Source: Fibrobacterales bacterium (GTDB taxonomy: Bacteria; Fibrobacterota; Fibrobacteria; Fibrobacterales; JAOPTW01). From it: a stretch of 64,000 nucleotides of DNA. The DNA lies in NCBI GenBank assembly GCA_051532035.1, contig JAOPTW010000036.1, forward strand, positions 1 through 64,000. Reading direction: 5' to 3'. How positions within the stretch are numbered: position 1 is the first letter of the stretch; each line of letters starts with the position of its first letter. Below the pieces are notes generated by a model. The model was not told the DNA's origin and did no database searches. It was given only the letters and a program-made list of their open reading frames with translations. Made by a program: the position numbers and the translations under genes. Positions 43,652 through 52,786 of this stretch are shown here, piece by piece.

Positions 43652-43782
43652 ATTAATCCTTAAAAAGGTGATTGAAGATTATATCAATATAGCTATAAGA
43701 AGTGTATACAATAATGGTAGTACACACTTTTTCTGATGAGACCTAACAAACTGTGACCCCTGTCACAGTGGAAAGAGAATAA

Positions 43783-44370
43783 TTATGATTTTTTGAGAAA
43801 ACAGGTTTTTAGAAAAATCACAACCCCGTTTACTTTTCCTTCAACAAGTTCGGGATCACGACCAAGATGGATAGATTTTACCACCGTCCCCCGTTTTGCA
43901 ACAAATGAGGTTCCCTTAACATTCAAATCTTTAATGACTGTAACTGTATCTCCCTCGCTAAGCGCACCGCCATTTGCATCAACAACGTTGCCTGCAACCT
44001 CTTCCCCACTATCTTCTGCCCATTTCTGAACATCTTCTTCGAGATAGATCTGATCAAGGAGATCTTGAGCCCACGATTCCGTGGTGAGCTTTTTAAGGAG
44101 TCGCCATACAACAACCTGAACCGCAGGAACTTGACTCCAGGCTGATTCATTCAAGCACAAGAAATGAGTAGTGTCTAAATCACTTCCTGAAAGTTGGCTC
44201 GAGCATTTGTTACAGAGTAATGCGCAACGATTAACTTGCGGGTCAACTACAGGCGGCACTTCATATATTGCAAGATCACTCTCCGCAAAACAGAGTTCGC
44301 ATTTACTTTCTGCTCGCTCTTGAAGTGAGGGTAAAAATGAGTCTAATAGAATATCGCGTGGTCCAGCCAT
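43783..44370 (-). CDS. PhnA-domain protein (Zn-binding N-terminus plus PhnA C-terminal domain)
   Basis: RAESKCELC...LCNKC, CLNESAWSQVPAVQV and VDANGGALSEGDTVTVIKDLNVKG...LKTCFLKK. Likely ATG at 44370. Confidence 0.88.
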   Translation of the reverse strand: MAGPRDILLDSFLPSLQERAESKCELCFAESDLAIYEVPPVVDPQVNRCALLCNKCSSQLSGSDLDTTHFLCLNESAWSQVPAVQVVVWRLLKKLTTESWAQDLLDQIYLEEDVQKWAEDSGEEVAGNVVDANGGALSEGDTVTVIKDLNVKGTSFVAKRGTVVKSIHLGRDPELVEGKVNGVVIFLKTCFLKKS

Positions 44371-44556
44371 GGTTGTCCCCTTGTAGTAAGTATTATTGAT
44401 TGGCAACAATAATAGTAAAGGAGTGCTCCATTAGCCTTAACTGAGCAGTCAATCATAGTTAAAGAGGGTAAAATCATACATTTTACATACAGAAATAACT
44501 CTTCGCTACAGAAACTAAAGCGCTCTTATTACATTATAGAAAAAGAGGAGAATCCT

Positions 44557-44868
44557 ATGATTACTGTTAATGTATATGTCCATGTAAAAGAATCGTATCT
44601 TAAAGAATTTATTGAAGCGACTATTGAGAATGCATCTCAAAGCAACAAGGAACCAGGTATTGCACGATTTGATTTAATACAAGAGGTTGAAGACCCTCAA
44701 AAATTTATGTTAGTTGAAGTGTACCGCGATAGTGATGCACCCGCCGCACATAAAGAGACTGCTCATTATAAGAAATGGCGCGAAATCGTTGAGCCCATGA
44801 TGGATACTCCTCGCAAAAACAATACATACCAAACAATCTACGTAAAAGACACCGACTATGCTCTTTAA
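44557..44868 (+). CDS. ABM-family putative quinol monooxygenase (LsrG-like)
   Basis: EPGIARFDLIQ...FMLVEVYRD...AAHKETAHYKKWR. Confidence 0.88.
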   Translation: MITVNVYVHVKESYLKEFIEATIENASQSNKEPGIARFDLIQEVEDPQKFMLVEVYRDSDAPAAHKETAHYKKWREIVEPMMDTPRKNNTYQTIYVKDTDYAL

Positions 44869-46009
44869 CTTTGAAAGCCCACAGCTCATAATTTTTGGCG
44901 CAGGCAAAAGCGAAGAGCTCCCGAAACGAATAGCAAGCCTCGGCTCACGAGTCCTTTTTGTCATTGGCAGCGCAACAGAACGCTGGAGTGAGTTGTTTAA
45001 TCGCATTTCGGAGACTGGTATCGAAATGTTTTATAGTACGGTTGAGAGTGAACCATCACTTGAATTAGTTGATCGTATTACCAACCAAGCTCGAGAGTGT
45101 AATGCTGATCTCATTGTCGGAATTGGTGGAGGGAGTGTTATTGATACAGCTAAAGCTGTTGGCATGATGGCACCCAATACTGGAGCCGTCCTTGATTATT
45201 TGGAGGTCATTGGCAAAGGGAAATCATTTACACAAAAAAGCCTCCCAACGATTGCGGTCCCGACAACTTCTGGCACCGGAGCAGAGGTGACTAAAAATGC
45301 AGTACTCTTCTCACCGGAGCATGCAATCAAGGTGAGTATGCGCAGTCCCGATATGATGCCCGATATCGCTCTTATCGACCCCGACCTCACCACATCTGTA
45401 CCTGCTCACATTACCGCATTTACCGGAATGGATGCTCTCACTCAAGTTATTGAACCGTTTATCTCATGTATGAGCAACGAATTTACCGATACTCTGTGCC
45501 GAGAAGCCATAGCAAAAGCAGGACCAGCACTCCTCAAAGCATTTCATGAGCCCATGGATATTGAAGCGCGAACCAACCTCTCTTATGTAAGCTTAATGGG
45601 CGGACTCGCTCTTGCCAATGCGAAACTCGGCGCTGTGCACGGATTTGCCGGCCCTATCGGAGGAATGTTTGATGCCCCTCATGGTGCAATTTGCGCAGCG
45701 CTCCTCCCTTATGTACTCCAAGCCAATATTAAAGCGGTAACGGAACGAGGGACCAAAGAACAGAAGATTCGCTATGAAGAGCTCGCGCTGCTTTTAACAC
45801 GAAATCCCATAGCCGAAGCTGAGGATTCTGTACGCTACATTACTAAATTGAACAAATCTCTGGGTATCAAGGGTCTTGCTGAATATGGGGTAACTGCCGG
45901 TAAGATTGACGCTATTGTGGCTGTTTCGAAAAATACAAGCTCTATGAAGGGGAATACATTAACTTTGAGTGATGATGAGCTGTCAAAGGTTATTTTTCGG
46001 GCGTTATAA
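44858..46009 (+). CDS. Iron-containing alcohol dehydrogenase
   Basis: GIGGGSVIDTAKA, PTTSGTGAEVT, DALTQ, GAVHG and PHG motifs. Confidence 0.93.
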   Translation: MLFNFESPQLIIFGAGKSEELPKRIASLGSRVLFVIGSATERWSELFNRISETGIEMFYSTVESEPSLELVDRITNQARECNADLIVGIGGGSVIDTAKAVGMMAPNTGAVLDYLEVIGKGKSFTQKSLPTIAVPTTSGTGAEVTKNAVLFSPEHAIKVSMRSPDMMPDIALIDPDLTTSVPAHITAFTGMDALTQVIEPFISCMSNEFTDTLCREAIAKAGPALLKAFHEPMDIEARTNLSYVSLMGGLALANAKLGAVHGFAGPIGGMFDAPHGAICAALLPYVLQANIKAVTERGTKEQKIRYEELALLLTRNPIAEAEDSVRYITKLNKSLGIKGLAEYGVTAGKIDAIVAVSKNTSSMKGNTLTLSDDELSKVIFRAL

Positions 46010-46152
46010 GCGAAAAAACGGTATTTATAAGCGTAATTACACTCAGCTATAGTCTATTTACATATCAAAAATCTAATATATTAGTATGAACATGAGCCTC
46101 CTGTGTATATATTACTCTTGGGGCAAGGCACACACATATCTGAGAGATTTCT

Positions 46153-47016
46153 ATGAAAATAGCTTATTATGGCATTATACTCGCATTGATCACATTTGTA
46201 TCATGTACAATAGAAAATACTATCCCTGAGCGAAATACTTTTGCTCAATCTGTTGGCGTTGAGAGCTCTATGGAACAAATAGCAGGCGATGATGAAAGTA
46301 GTGAAAATGACGAATCGTCACAAGAAACAAATCTCAGTAGCTCAGCTGAAGCTAAAGAGATACAATCGATAGGGGCTCAGGAACCAAGTTCAGCAGAAGA
46401 GAAAGAGCCAGAATTCAGTTCTGAAAGTAGTGATATGATCTCATCTTCTACTGAGAGTTCATCTTCGCAGGAAATCCAAAAACAAAGTTCATCATCTGAA
46501 ATAAGCTCAAGTGAAACCAGTTCTTCATCAGCACCTCTATCTTCTTCACAAGGACCGATTGAACTATCAGGAGCCATTGATATAAAATATACAACTGAGA
46601 CCTATGGCGGTAAATATTCCATGAGTAATAAAGGAAAAGGATTCGTATTTGCAGTATATGTATTAGCAGAAGATGGTTCTTTTATTAAAACGTTAAATGC
46701 AAGAGGCGAGGAGGAAGAAAAACACCTTGTCAATTGGATGAACAGCCTTGGAGATTTAGAGCCTGATGGTATATCAGGAGCAACCACAAAAAATCATCGT
46801 GAACGTGAAATTTCCTGGGACCTTTCTAACAGAGATGGTGACACTGTTTCCCCTGGAACATATACCGTATACTTTGAATTTACTGAAGACAATAAAGATG
46901 GTGATGAATTTAGAGGAAGAATACACTCAGTTGAAATGGATCTTACCGGAGAACCATTTTCCATTGAAGAGTCAGAGGATAACTTCAAAAATATTTCTAT
47001 CGTTTACTCACTATGA
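46153..47016 (+). CDS. DUF2271-like lipoprotein with long Ser/Glu-rich linker and FMN-attachment motif
   Basis: Lipobox FVSC, poly-Ser linker, then FAVYV..EDGSFIKTL...DGISGATT...WDLSNRDGDTVSPGTYTVYFEFTE. Confidence 0.78.
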   Translation: MKIAYYGIILALITFVSCTIENTIPERNTFAQSVGVESSMEQIAGDDESSENDESSQETNLSSSAEAKEIQSIGAQEPSSAEEKEPEFSSESSDMISSSTESSSSQEIQKQSSSSEISSSETSSSSAPLSSSQGPIELSGAIDIKYTTETYGGKYSMSNKGKGFVFAVYVLAEDGSFIKTLNARGEEEEKHLVNWMNSLGDLEPDGISGATTKNHREREISWDLSNRDGDTVSPGTYTVYFEFTEDNKDGDEFRGRIHSVEMDLTGEPFSIEESEDNFKNISIVYSL

Positions 47017-47597
47017 TACACTATCAATCAACTTTAAGTGTTTTAATCGCACTGTTTACTGGAATTATGACTACCAGCTGCACCATCGTCGATGCTGACC
47101 AAAATGAACTCAATGCAAAGCTTTCAAAAACCGAAGTTGCACATGAATGGCAAGAGACCAACAACTGTAACACCTGCCATGAGGCTCTGCCAAAAACAGG
47201 TGAACACAGTCTTCATCTCGACAAAAGAAAAAACACCTTCGACAAATTTAATCCAAACGGTATCATTACCTGTGTTGACTGCCATGCAATGTCCATACAT
47301 AGCATTCGTGGAATTAACCCAGAGTATTCTTCAACTGATTCTATACTCTACCCCGATCTCTCACACATTATAGGATCAACAGATTTTTCAGAAGTCCAAG
47401 AATATCTCACCGATCTTTTTGACTATGACTCCGTTCCTCATTACCGTACAACACTCTACCACAAAAATGGTGCGATTAATGTGGAACTCGCAGAAACGAA
47501 TTTAGAGAAAGAAGATGGGGAACGCATACCAGCGACATATAACTTTAAGACAAAAACTTGTTCTACGAATGCATGCCATAAGAAGGAACGATGGTAA
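47013..47597 (+). CDS. Triheme c-type cytochrome lipoprotein (two CxxCH plus one CxxxxCH)
   Basis: Lipobox TTSC; CNTCH, CVDCH and CSTNACH; H-x-NG-x-x-NV motif; ATGA overlap with the upstream gene. Confidence 0.82.
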   Translation: MIHYQSTLSVLIALFTGIMTTSCTIVDADQNELNAKLSKTEVAHEWQETNNCNTCHEALPKTGEHSLHLDKRKNTFDKFNPNGIITCVDCHAMSIHSIRGINPEYSSTDSILYPDLSHIIGSTDFSEVQEYLTDLFDYDSVPHYRTTLYHKNGAINVELAETNLEKEDGERIPATYNFKTKTCSTNACHKKERW

Positions 47598-47806
47598 GAA
47601 CAACATATATACTATTATTAGTACTGTTACTTTTAAGTATAATCAATTGCGCAATGGTTCCTCAAATGGACCGTGAATATCTGAGTGACCCTGTAATGCA
47701 ACTCTCTGAAGACCCTATTGAAAGCACCTTAGAAGGCCATAACTTTCCTCGAAGAGAAGGTTCAGTTGGTGGATCTGCGGGTGCTGGAGGTGGATGTGGT
47801 TGTTAA
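47591..47806 (+). CDS. DUF4266-family small lipoprotein
   Basis: C-A-M-V-P...REYLSDPVM...REGSVGGSAGAGGGCGC C-terminus. Confidence 0.88.
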   Translation: MVRTTYILLLVLLLLSIINCAMVPQMDREYLSDPVMQLSEDPIESTLEGHNFPRREGSVGGSAGAGGGCGC

Positions 47807-49016
47807 ACTCGTTATTTTCCTTGTATTACCCCTCCTCATTGTGGCTCCCCTTTTCGCCTCAGGTTCAGAGAACTCACTTGATTTGCGCTATCATTTCTAT
47901 ACCGATAAAAATCAAGTGACCGCTTATACTCCTGTTCTTGCACTCACTAAGTGGTTGGACGAACTATGGTCTGTCTCTTATGAGCAAGAGATTGATGCGG
48001 TGACTGGTGCAAGTAGAAGCCTTGGGTATAATAGATTAAACACTGTATCTAAAGATGAAACCCTAAAACCATCTGAACCAGATAGCCCCATTGATGCCCT
48101 ATCTGGAGCTACTAAACCAGAAGTACGGTTTTCTGAAAGTTTTAATGTCAGTCGAAATAATCAAGGCGATATCATTGGACTCGGATTCTATATGAGTCAT
48201 GAGCCAGATTACACATCCTATTCGCCGAGTATTAATGTCGCATTAGATTTCAACGAACGCAATACCACTATAAGCGCCAGCTATGGTCGATTCTTTGATA
48301 CCTATCACGGTCGCGAAGGGTTTGCCCCTGGGGGAGATAAAAACATCAGCTCCTTTAGTTTTTCTTTTGCACAAAGTCTCACCCCTTTTACCATGGTTAG
48401 TCTCTCGGGTAACTATGTCGACTCTTGGGGGTTTCTTGGTCACCCCTATCGCCCTGTTACTCTTGAAGACGGCGATTCAAAAGAAGAGCGTGTTCCTGAT
48501 GCAAAAACAGGCATTGCCCTCTCTGCTAATATTATCCAAGGGTACGAGCTCTTTGATGAGTATCTTGGTTCAATAAATGTTCACTATCGAAACTACCATG
48601 ATAGCTGGGGAATGAAGTCACACACTATCGATACCAAACTTTTTCAACACATCACTGATGAACTCTATATACGACTGAGACACCGGTTTTACACTCAAGG
48701 CTCTATGGATTTTATCTATGCACAATACAGCACCGATGACAAATATCGTTCCGCTGACATACGATACTACTCATTCTTTAGCAACCTCTTTGGCTTTAAA
48801 CTTGCCGGTGGTTTTCCCGATTCATGGGAGGATATTTGGTTTGTACCTACACAATGGAACTTCACTTTTAACTACCTCTATCGAAGTACACGAAACAACC
48901 CTGATCTCTATCAATTTTTTGGAGACACCTGGTATAGTGGCATAGATGACTTCATGGGAGTATCTAATTATTATACTCAAGCAGATCTCCTCCTTGGAAT
49001 CCAATACGCATTTTAA
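47796..49016 (+). CDS. DUF3570-family outer-membrane beta-barrel with two FMN-attachment-like motifs
   Basis: DAVTGAS, DALSGAT, SHEPDYTS, PYR...ERVPD, YHDSWGMKSHT and RFYTQ motifs, C-terminal Phe. Likely GTG start at 47796 behind GGAGGT. Confidence 0.82.
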   Translation: MVVKLVIFLVLPLLIVAPLFASGSENSLDLRYHFYTDKNQVTAYTPVLALTKWLDELWSVSYEQEIDAVTGASRSLGYNRLNTVSKDETLKPSEPDSPIDALSGATKPEVRFSESFNVSRNNQGDIIGLGFYMSHEPDYTSYSPSINVALDFNERNTTISASYGRFFDTYHGREGFAPGGDKNISSFSFSFAQSLTPFTMVSLSGNYVDSWGFLGHPYRPVTLEDGDSKEERVPDAKTGIALSANIIQGYELFDEYLGSINVHYRNYHDSWGMKSHTIDTKLFQHITDELYIRLRHRFYTQGSMDFIYAQYSTDDKYRSADIRYYSFFSNLFGFKLAGGFPDSWEDIWFVPTQWNFTFNYLYRSTRNNPDLYQFFGDTWYSGIDDFMGVSNYYTQADLLLGIQYAF

Positions 49017-49046
49017 CTCAGCACACTCAACACAAAGGAGACACCC

Positions 49047-49529
49047 ATGAAATGGCTACTCACTTTTATGACTACCATCACTCTTGCCCTTCCTCTGGCG
49101 GCTAAAGAGTACACTCTTCCTTCATTTTCACTTTCAGATATTGAAGGCATCACCCACTCTGTTGATGAATACAAAGGCAAAGTAGTTGTTCTTGATTTTT
49201 GGGCTACATGGTGTGTTACCTGCCGGTATGTTTTCCCAAAACTCAATGAGATATACAAAAGCAGTGCATCTGATAAAGTTGCGATACTTGGTATTAATAC
49301 CGACAAAAAGTTTAAGAAGAAGAAACTTAAGAAGTACATCAAGAAAAACAGAATTGAATACCCAGTACTCTTTGATCAAAAAAGTACTCTTGCACCAAAA
49401 CTTGGAGTTACCGCTGTTCCTTCTCTGATGGTATTTGATACTACCGGGAAACTCATAGCTCATATGAATGGCTATGATGTTGAAGAAGAGGAGAAAATTA
49501 TTGCCCAAATTAAGGCTTTGATTAAATAA
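49047..49529 (+). CDS. TlpA/ResA-family periplasmic thiol-disulfide oxidoreductase
   Basis: Signal peptide, KGKVVVLDFWATWCVTC and cis-Pro loop AVP. Confidence 0.92.
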   Translation: MKWLLTFMTTITLALPLAAKEYTLPSFSLSDIEGITHSVDEYKGKVVVLDFWATWCVTCRYVFPKLNEIYKSSASDKVAILGINTDKKFKKKKLKKYIKKNRIEYPVLFDQKSTLAPKLGVTAVPSLMVFDTTGKLIAHMNGYDVEEEEKIIAQIKALIK

Positions 49530-49556
49530 CTCTCATTCCACCATACACTTTAAGAC

Positions 49557-49589
49557 AAAAAAAGGGAGGCCAATTGGCCTCCCTTTTTT
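49557..49589. terminator. Bidirectional intrinsic terminator shared by the two convergent redox operons
   Basis: Perfect palindrome AAAAAAGGGAGGCC-AATT-GGCCTCCCTTTTTT. Confidence 0.92.
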
Positions 49590-49592
49590 ATT

Positions 49593-50135
49593 TTACTTTT
49601 TACTCGGATTTGGGTGATTCACCTTTTTATACTTCTTCTTATAATTAAAAGGTTTATAGGTTGGTGACTCTTTATTGTGACAGGTTGTACATGTTTTTTC
49701 ATCGGGAACAATCATTCCTGCTGCAATTGATTTTGCATGGTCTTTCATGACCTTTTTCTTTTTATAATCTTTACCCGGGCCATGACAACTTTCACATTGT
49801 ACACCATTCTCCATTTTATAGCTCTTATCTAAATATTTTGCATCAACACCATATGCCGTAACATGGCACTTCAAACACTGCGGTGCTTTTTGAGGATCAC
49901 CGGTGACACCATTCTTTTTCGCAACTTCTTTAGCCTCGGCAGTACCTAACGTTTTAAATGCATTCGCATGACCGGATTTCTGCCATTGCTGATATTGTTC
50001 ACCATCCTTCTTCTTTTTATGACATGTTTTACATTTAGCAGCACCGACAAACTTATGTGCTGGGTCTGCAGCCTGTACAGTTCCTACCCAAAATATTCCT
50101 AGAATAAATACGAGACTTATTACACTGATTTTCAT
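49593..50135 (-). CDS. Periplasmic tetraheme cytochrome c (c554-like), Lys-rich
   Basis: Signal peptide; FVGAAKCKTCH, WQKSGHANAF, CLKCHVT, GVQCESCHGPG and CTTCH. Confidence 0.9.
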   Translation of the reverse strand: MKISVISLVFILGIFWVGTVQAADPAHKFVGAAKCKTCHKKKKDGEQYQQWQKSGHANAFKTLGTAEAKEVAKKNGVTGDPQKAPQCLKCHVTAYGVDAKYLDKSYKMENGVQCESCHGPGKDYKKKKVMKDHAKSIAAGMIVPDEKTCTTCHNKESPTYKPFNYKKKYKKVNHPNPSKK

Positions 50136-50154
50136 TGTATCTCCTTGTTTGATT

Positions 50155-50709
50155 TTAAAAATCCACTTGTCCGTTAATATGTTTTGTGTAATCCTTAATG
50201 GTCATAGCATCAACTGTGCCTTCTACAACGCTACTGTGACAGCCAAAGCACGCGCCATTCCCGCCTCTATGTCCTGTTACTAAACCGACCCCTGTACTAT
50301 GACATGTTTGGCAGCCAACGGTATCACCCAAATTAGAATTACTATTCCATACAATACCTGAATTATTACTCATTGCGGCTCCATGGCATGCAATATTTGA
50401 GCAGGTCGCCCCTTGCATTGTGTTCCTCATACCAGGCAGAGAGTTATATTCGACATTCACTACTCCATTTGTATGAAGGAGAGCATTAGTAGCTAAAAGA
50501 CTATCTACCCTATACCCATTATGACATTCACCACAGCTATACGCATAACCATTTGATTGAGCGAGACTATGAATCCCTGATTCTGGTGGTAATCCGTGAC
50601 ATGATGCACATGTATCTTTCTCTAATTCAGCAGAACCATCAGAATCAAGTTTGCTACATCCAACAAACCAGAGAACAAGTACTATTACAAAAAGTATCTT
50701 TATGTTCAT
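50155..50709 (-). CDS. Pentaheme c-type cytochrome lipoprotein (includes a CxxxxCH motif)
   Basis: Lipobox FVGC; CASCH, CGECH, CSNIACH, CQTCH and CFGCH; HTNG and HING motifs. Confidence 0.88.
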   Translation of the reverse strand: MNIKILFVIVLVLWFVGCSKLDSDGSAELEKDTCASCHGLPPESGIHSLAQSNGYAYSCGECHNGYRVDSLLATNALLHTNGVVNVEYNSLPGMRNTMQGATCSNIACHGAAMSNNSGIVWNSNSNLGDTVGCQTCHSTGVGLVTGHRGGNGACFGCHSSVVEGTVDAMTIKDYTKHINGQVDF

Positions 50710-50719
50710 ACTTCACTCC

Positions 50720-51517
50720 CTACTTTGAAAAGTGACAATCGCCACAGAATTGTTCAACCGGCACATGACAGGTAGAACAGTTTTTTCTTTTAAATTTAAC
50801 ATCCATACCATGGGTATATTCATAATTCAAGCCATGTACTTTTTTCCCATTTAACCCAAGGTGACAATCAGTACAAGTGCTTTCATCTTTATGACACATA
50901 CTGCACTCCTGTTTTTTGAATTGAGCGTCACGACCATGAAAATCACCACTCAGCCATACACCTGATTTGTGTGAACTCGGTAGAAATGTAGTCGGTGCCG
51001 TTTTTTGCGATACGGGACGAACCGCAGTAGGATGGCATGTAGCACATGTGGTACTTACCTGCTGCTCGGTATGACAGGCAACACAACTTGCCATTGAAGG
51101 GAGCGCCGCAGAGGTTGACTCTTTTGGAATTACATTTCCATGGCAGCTCGAACATTTTTGATTATCGCTACTGTTCGTATCCCTTTTAATATGATTTTTA
51201 TGTGAGAAAAATAGTTCACCTGGTAATCTCTTTTTATACAACTGAAAACTTTTATCCTCAAAGGTCACGTCAAGTATTTGTTCTTCTTTAATATCATCCT
51301 CATGACAGTCGGTACATACAGAGGCCTTAACACTCTGTATTGCGCCAATAGAACCAGCTGCATTAATTTCTGTATGGCAGTCGGTACAGCCCACTTCTTC
51401 TTCAACAACATGGTAGGTGTGAGAAAATTTGTTCTCTTTCAGAAAGTCCTGTGCACATACCGTACCATACATACCCATTGCAATCATCAGGCTCGTTATA
51501 ATTAATTTCATACTCAT
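50720..51517 (-). CDS. Periplasmic nonaheme cytochrome c (c3/c7-like repeats)
   Basis: Signal peptide; nine CxxCH motifs (CTDCH, CTDCH, CSSCH, CVACH, CATCH, CSMCH, CTDCH, CSTCH, CGDCH); FSH..H distal-ligand motifs. Confidence 0.9.
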   Translation of the reverse strand: MSMKLIITSLMIAMGMYGTVCAQDFLKENKFSHTYHVVEEEVGCTDCHTEINAAGSIGAIQSVKASVCTDCHEDDIKEEQILDVTFEDKSFQLYKKRLPGELFFSHKNHIKRDTNSSDNQKCSSCHGNVIPKESTSAALPSMASCVACHTEQQVSTTCATCHPTAVRPVSQKTAPTTFLPSSHKSGVWLSGDFHGRDAQFKKQECSMCHKDESTCTDCHLGLNGKKVHGLNYEYTHGMDVKFKRKNCSTCHVPVEQFCGDCHFSK

Positions 51518-51518
51518 G

Positions 51519-52751
51519 TTACAGTCCCTTCATGAATGAATAGTTAAGTCCAGCAAACACTCGGTGATCTTTAGTATACTCTCGATTACTTAAAAATTCA
51601 TACTCTACATTCAACCATAGATTTTTGATAACCGCATATTCACATACCACTGCAACAAATTTAGAATCATAAAACTTCTTTTTGCTCTCCCCCTTATCCT
51701 CGCTCCATTTATACCTCATATATCCAGCATTTACCCCGGCTAACAGGTTATCCAATATTTTGTATTCATACCCTGCCGTCGCCTCCTGCATTTCGGTGTC
51801 ACTATCAAACTCTTTAGTATAGCTCACATAAGCACCGTACCCAGTAACCCGTGCATCGATCATATGGGCAATAACATCCTCAGATACCCGGACTGTTTCA
51901 TCTTCATAAAGTAACAAGCCATAATTCAGAGTCATGTGCAGTTTTTGATTTACAGTATATAGATATCCTCCCTGAATCAAGTTGCTAGTGGGGTGGTCTA
52001 ATAGATCAAAGTACCGTGTGGTGTCCTGCTCTGCATCATCAAAGGTATAAGAAACCAGTATTCGGTCATTGTTCCTTACATTAATACGTCCCGAAACATT
52101 TGCATGATCGAGAGATGACGTTTCAAAATCCCACACTCCGTTAGTAAACAGGTCATATTTTTCTTGGAGCATCACGTTGGCACCCAGGCCGGCAGTTCCT
52201 TTATCGTCCTTCAATGCTTTTACATAATCAGCCAACAAAACGATATTCTTCAGCCCGGTGAATTCAATGCTTCCACCAGTGGTCAAAAAATCAGAATCCG
52301 TATGTATAAAATCATCATCATATGCTGTCGGAACAACGTACCCACCATAAGCCTGCAGCGTCAGCATATTTTTAATGGTGTACTGCAGGTCAAGCCCATC
52401 CATCCAAACACTTCTATCTATAAAAGTGTTATACATACGACCGACTGCACCGGTAACATTTCCCGATGGTGTTCTATATCCAGCCTTTGCAAGTGATAAC
52501 CGATAGTCATTGGTATACTCCGAACCCCGGTTTTTATATATATCAGAGTAACTCCCTGATAGTAATGCGAATACACCGTTTTTTTCAAATGATGAGTTCA
52601 GTGCATGATATTGAAAAATTTTCTGATCAACTGATTCGTCTTTACTTTCCAGATAATACGCACCAGCTTTTACCCGAGCAGATATATAATCTGCATACAC
52701 ACTACCTGAAGCCACAAGTAACGTGAGTAGAATTCTCGATAAATTATTCAT
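51519..52751 (-). CDS. Outer-membrane beta-barrel, putative porin of a porin-cytochrome conduit
   Basis: Signal peptide, amphipathic Tyr/Phe-rich strands, no CxxCH, terminal strand VFAGLNYSF; directly upstream of the nonaheme gene. Confidence 0.75.
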   Translation of the reverse strand: MNNLSRILLTLLVASGSVYADYISARVKAGAYYLESKDESVDQKIFQYHALNSSFEKNGVFALLSGSYSDIYKNRGSEYTNDYRLSLAKAGYRTPSGNVTGAVGRMYNTFIDRSVWMDGLDLQYTIKNMLTLQAYGGYVVPTAYDDDFIHTDSDFLTTGGSIEFTGLKNIVLLADYVKALKDDKGTAGLGANVMLQEKYDLFTNGVWDFETSSLDHANVSGRINVRNNDRILVSYTFDDAEQDTTRYFDLLDHPTSNLIQGGYLYTVNQKLHMTLNYGLLLYEDETVRVSEDVIAHMIDARVTGYGAYVSYTKEFDSDTEMQEATAGYEYKILDNLLAGVNAGYMRYKWSEDKGESKKKFYDSKFVAVVCEYAVIKNLWLNVEYEFLSNREYTKDHRVFAGLNYSFMKGL

Positions 52752-52786
52752 ATACTCCTTTTACACGAGAGTGTATTTCTGATGTT

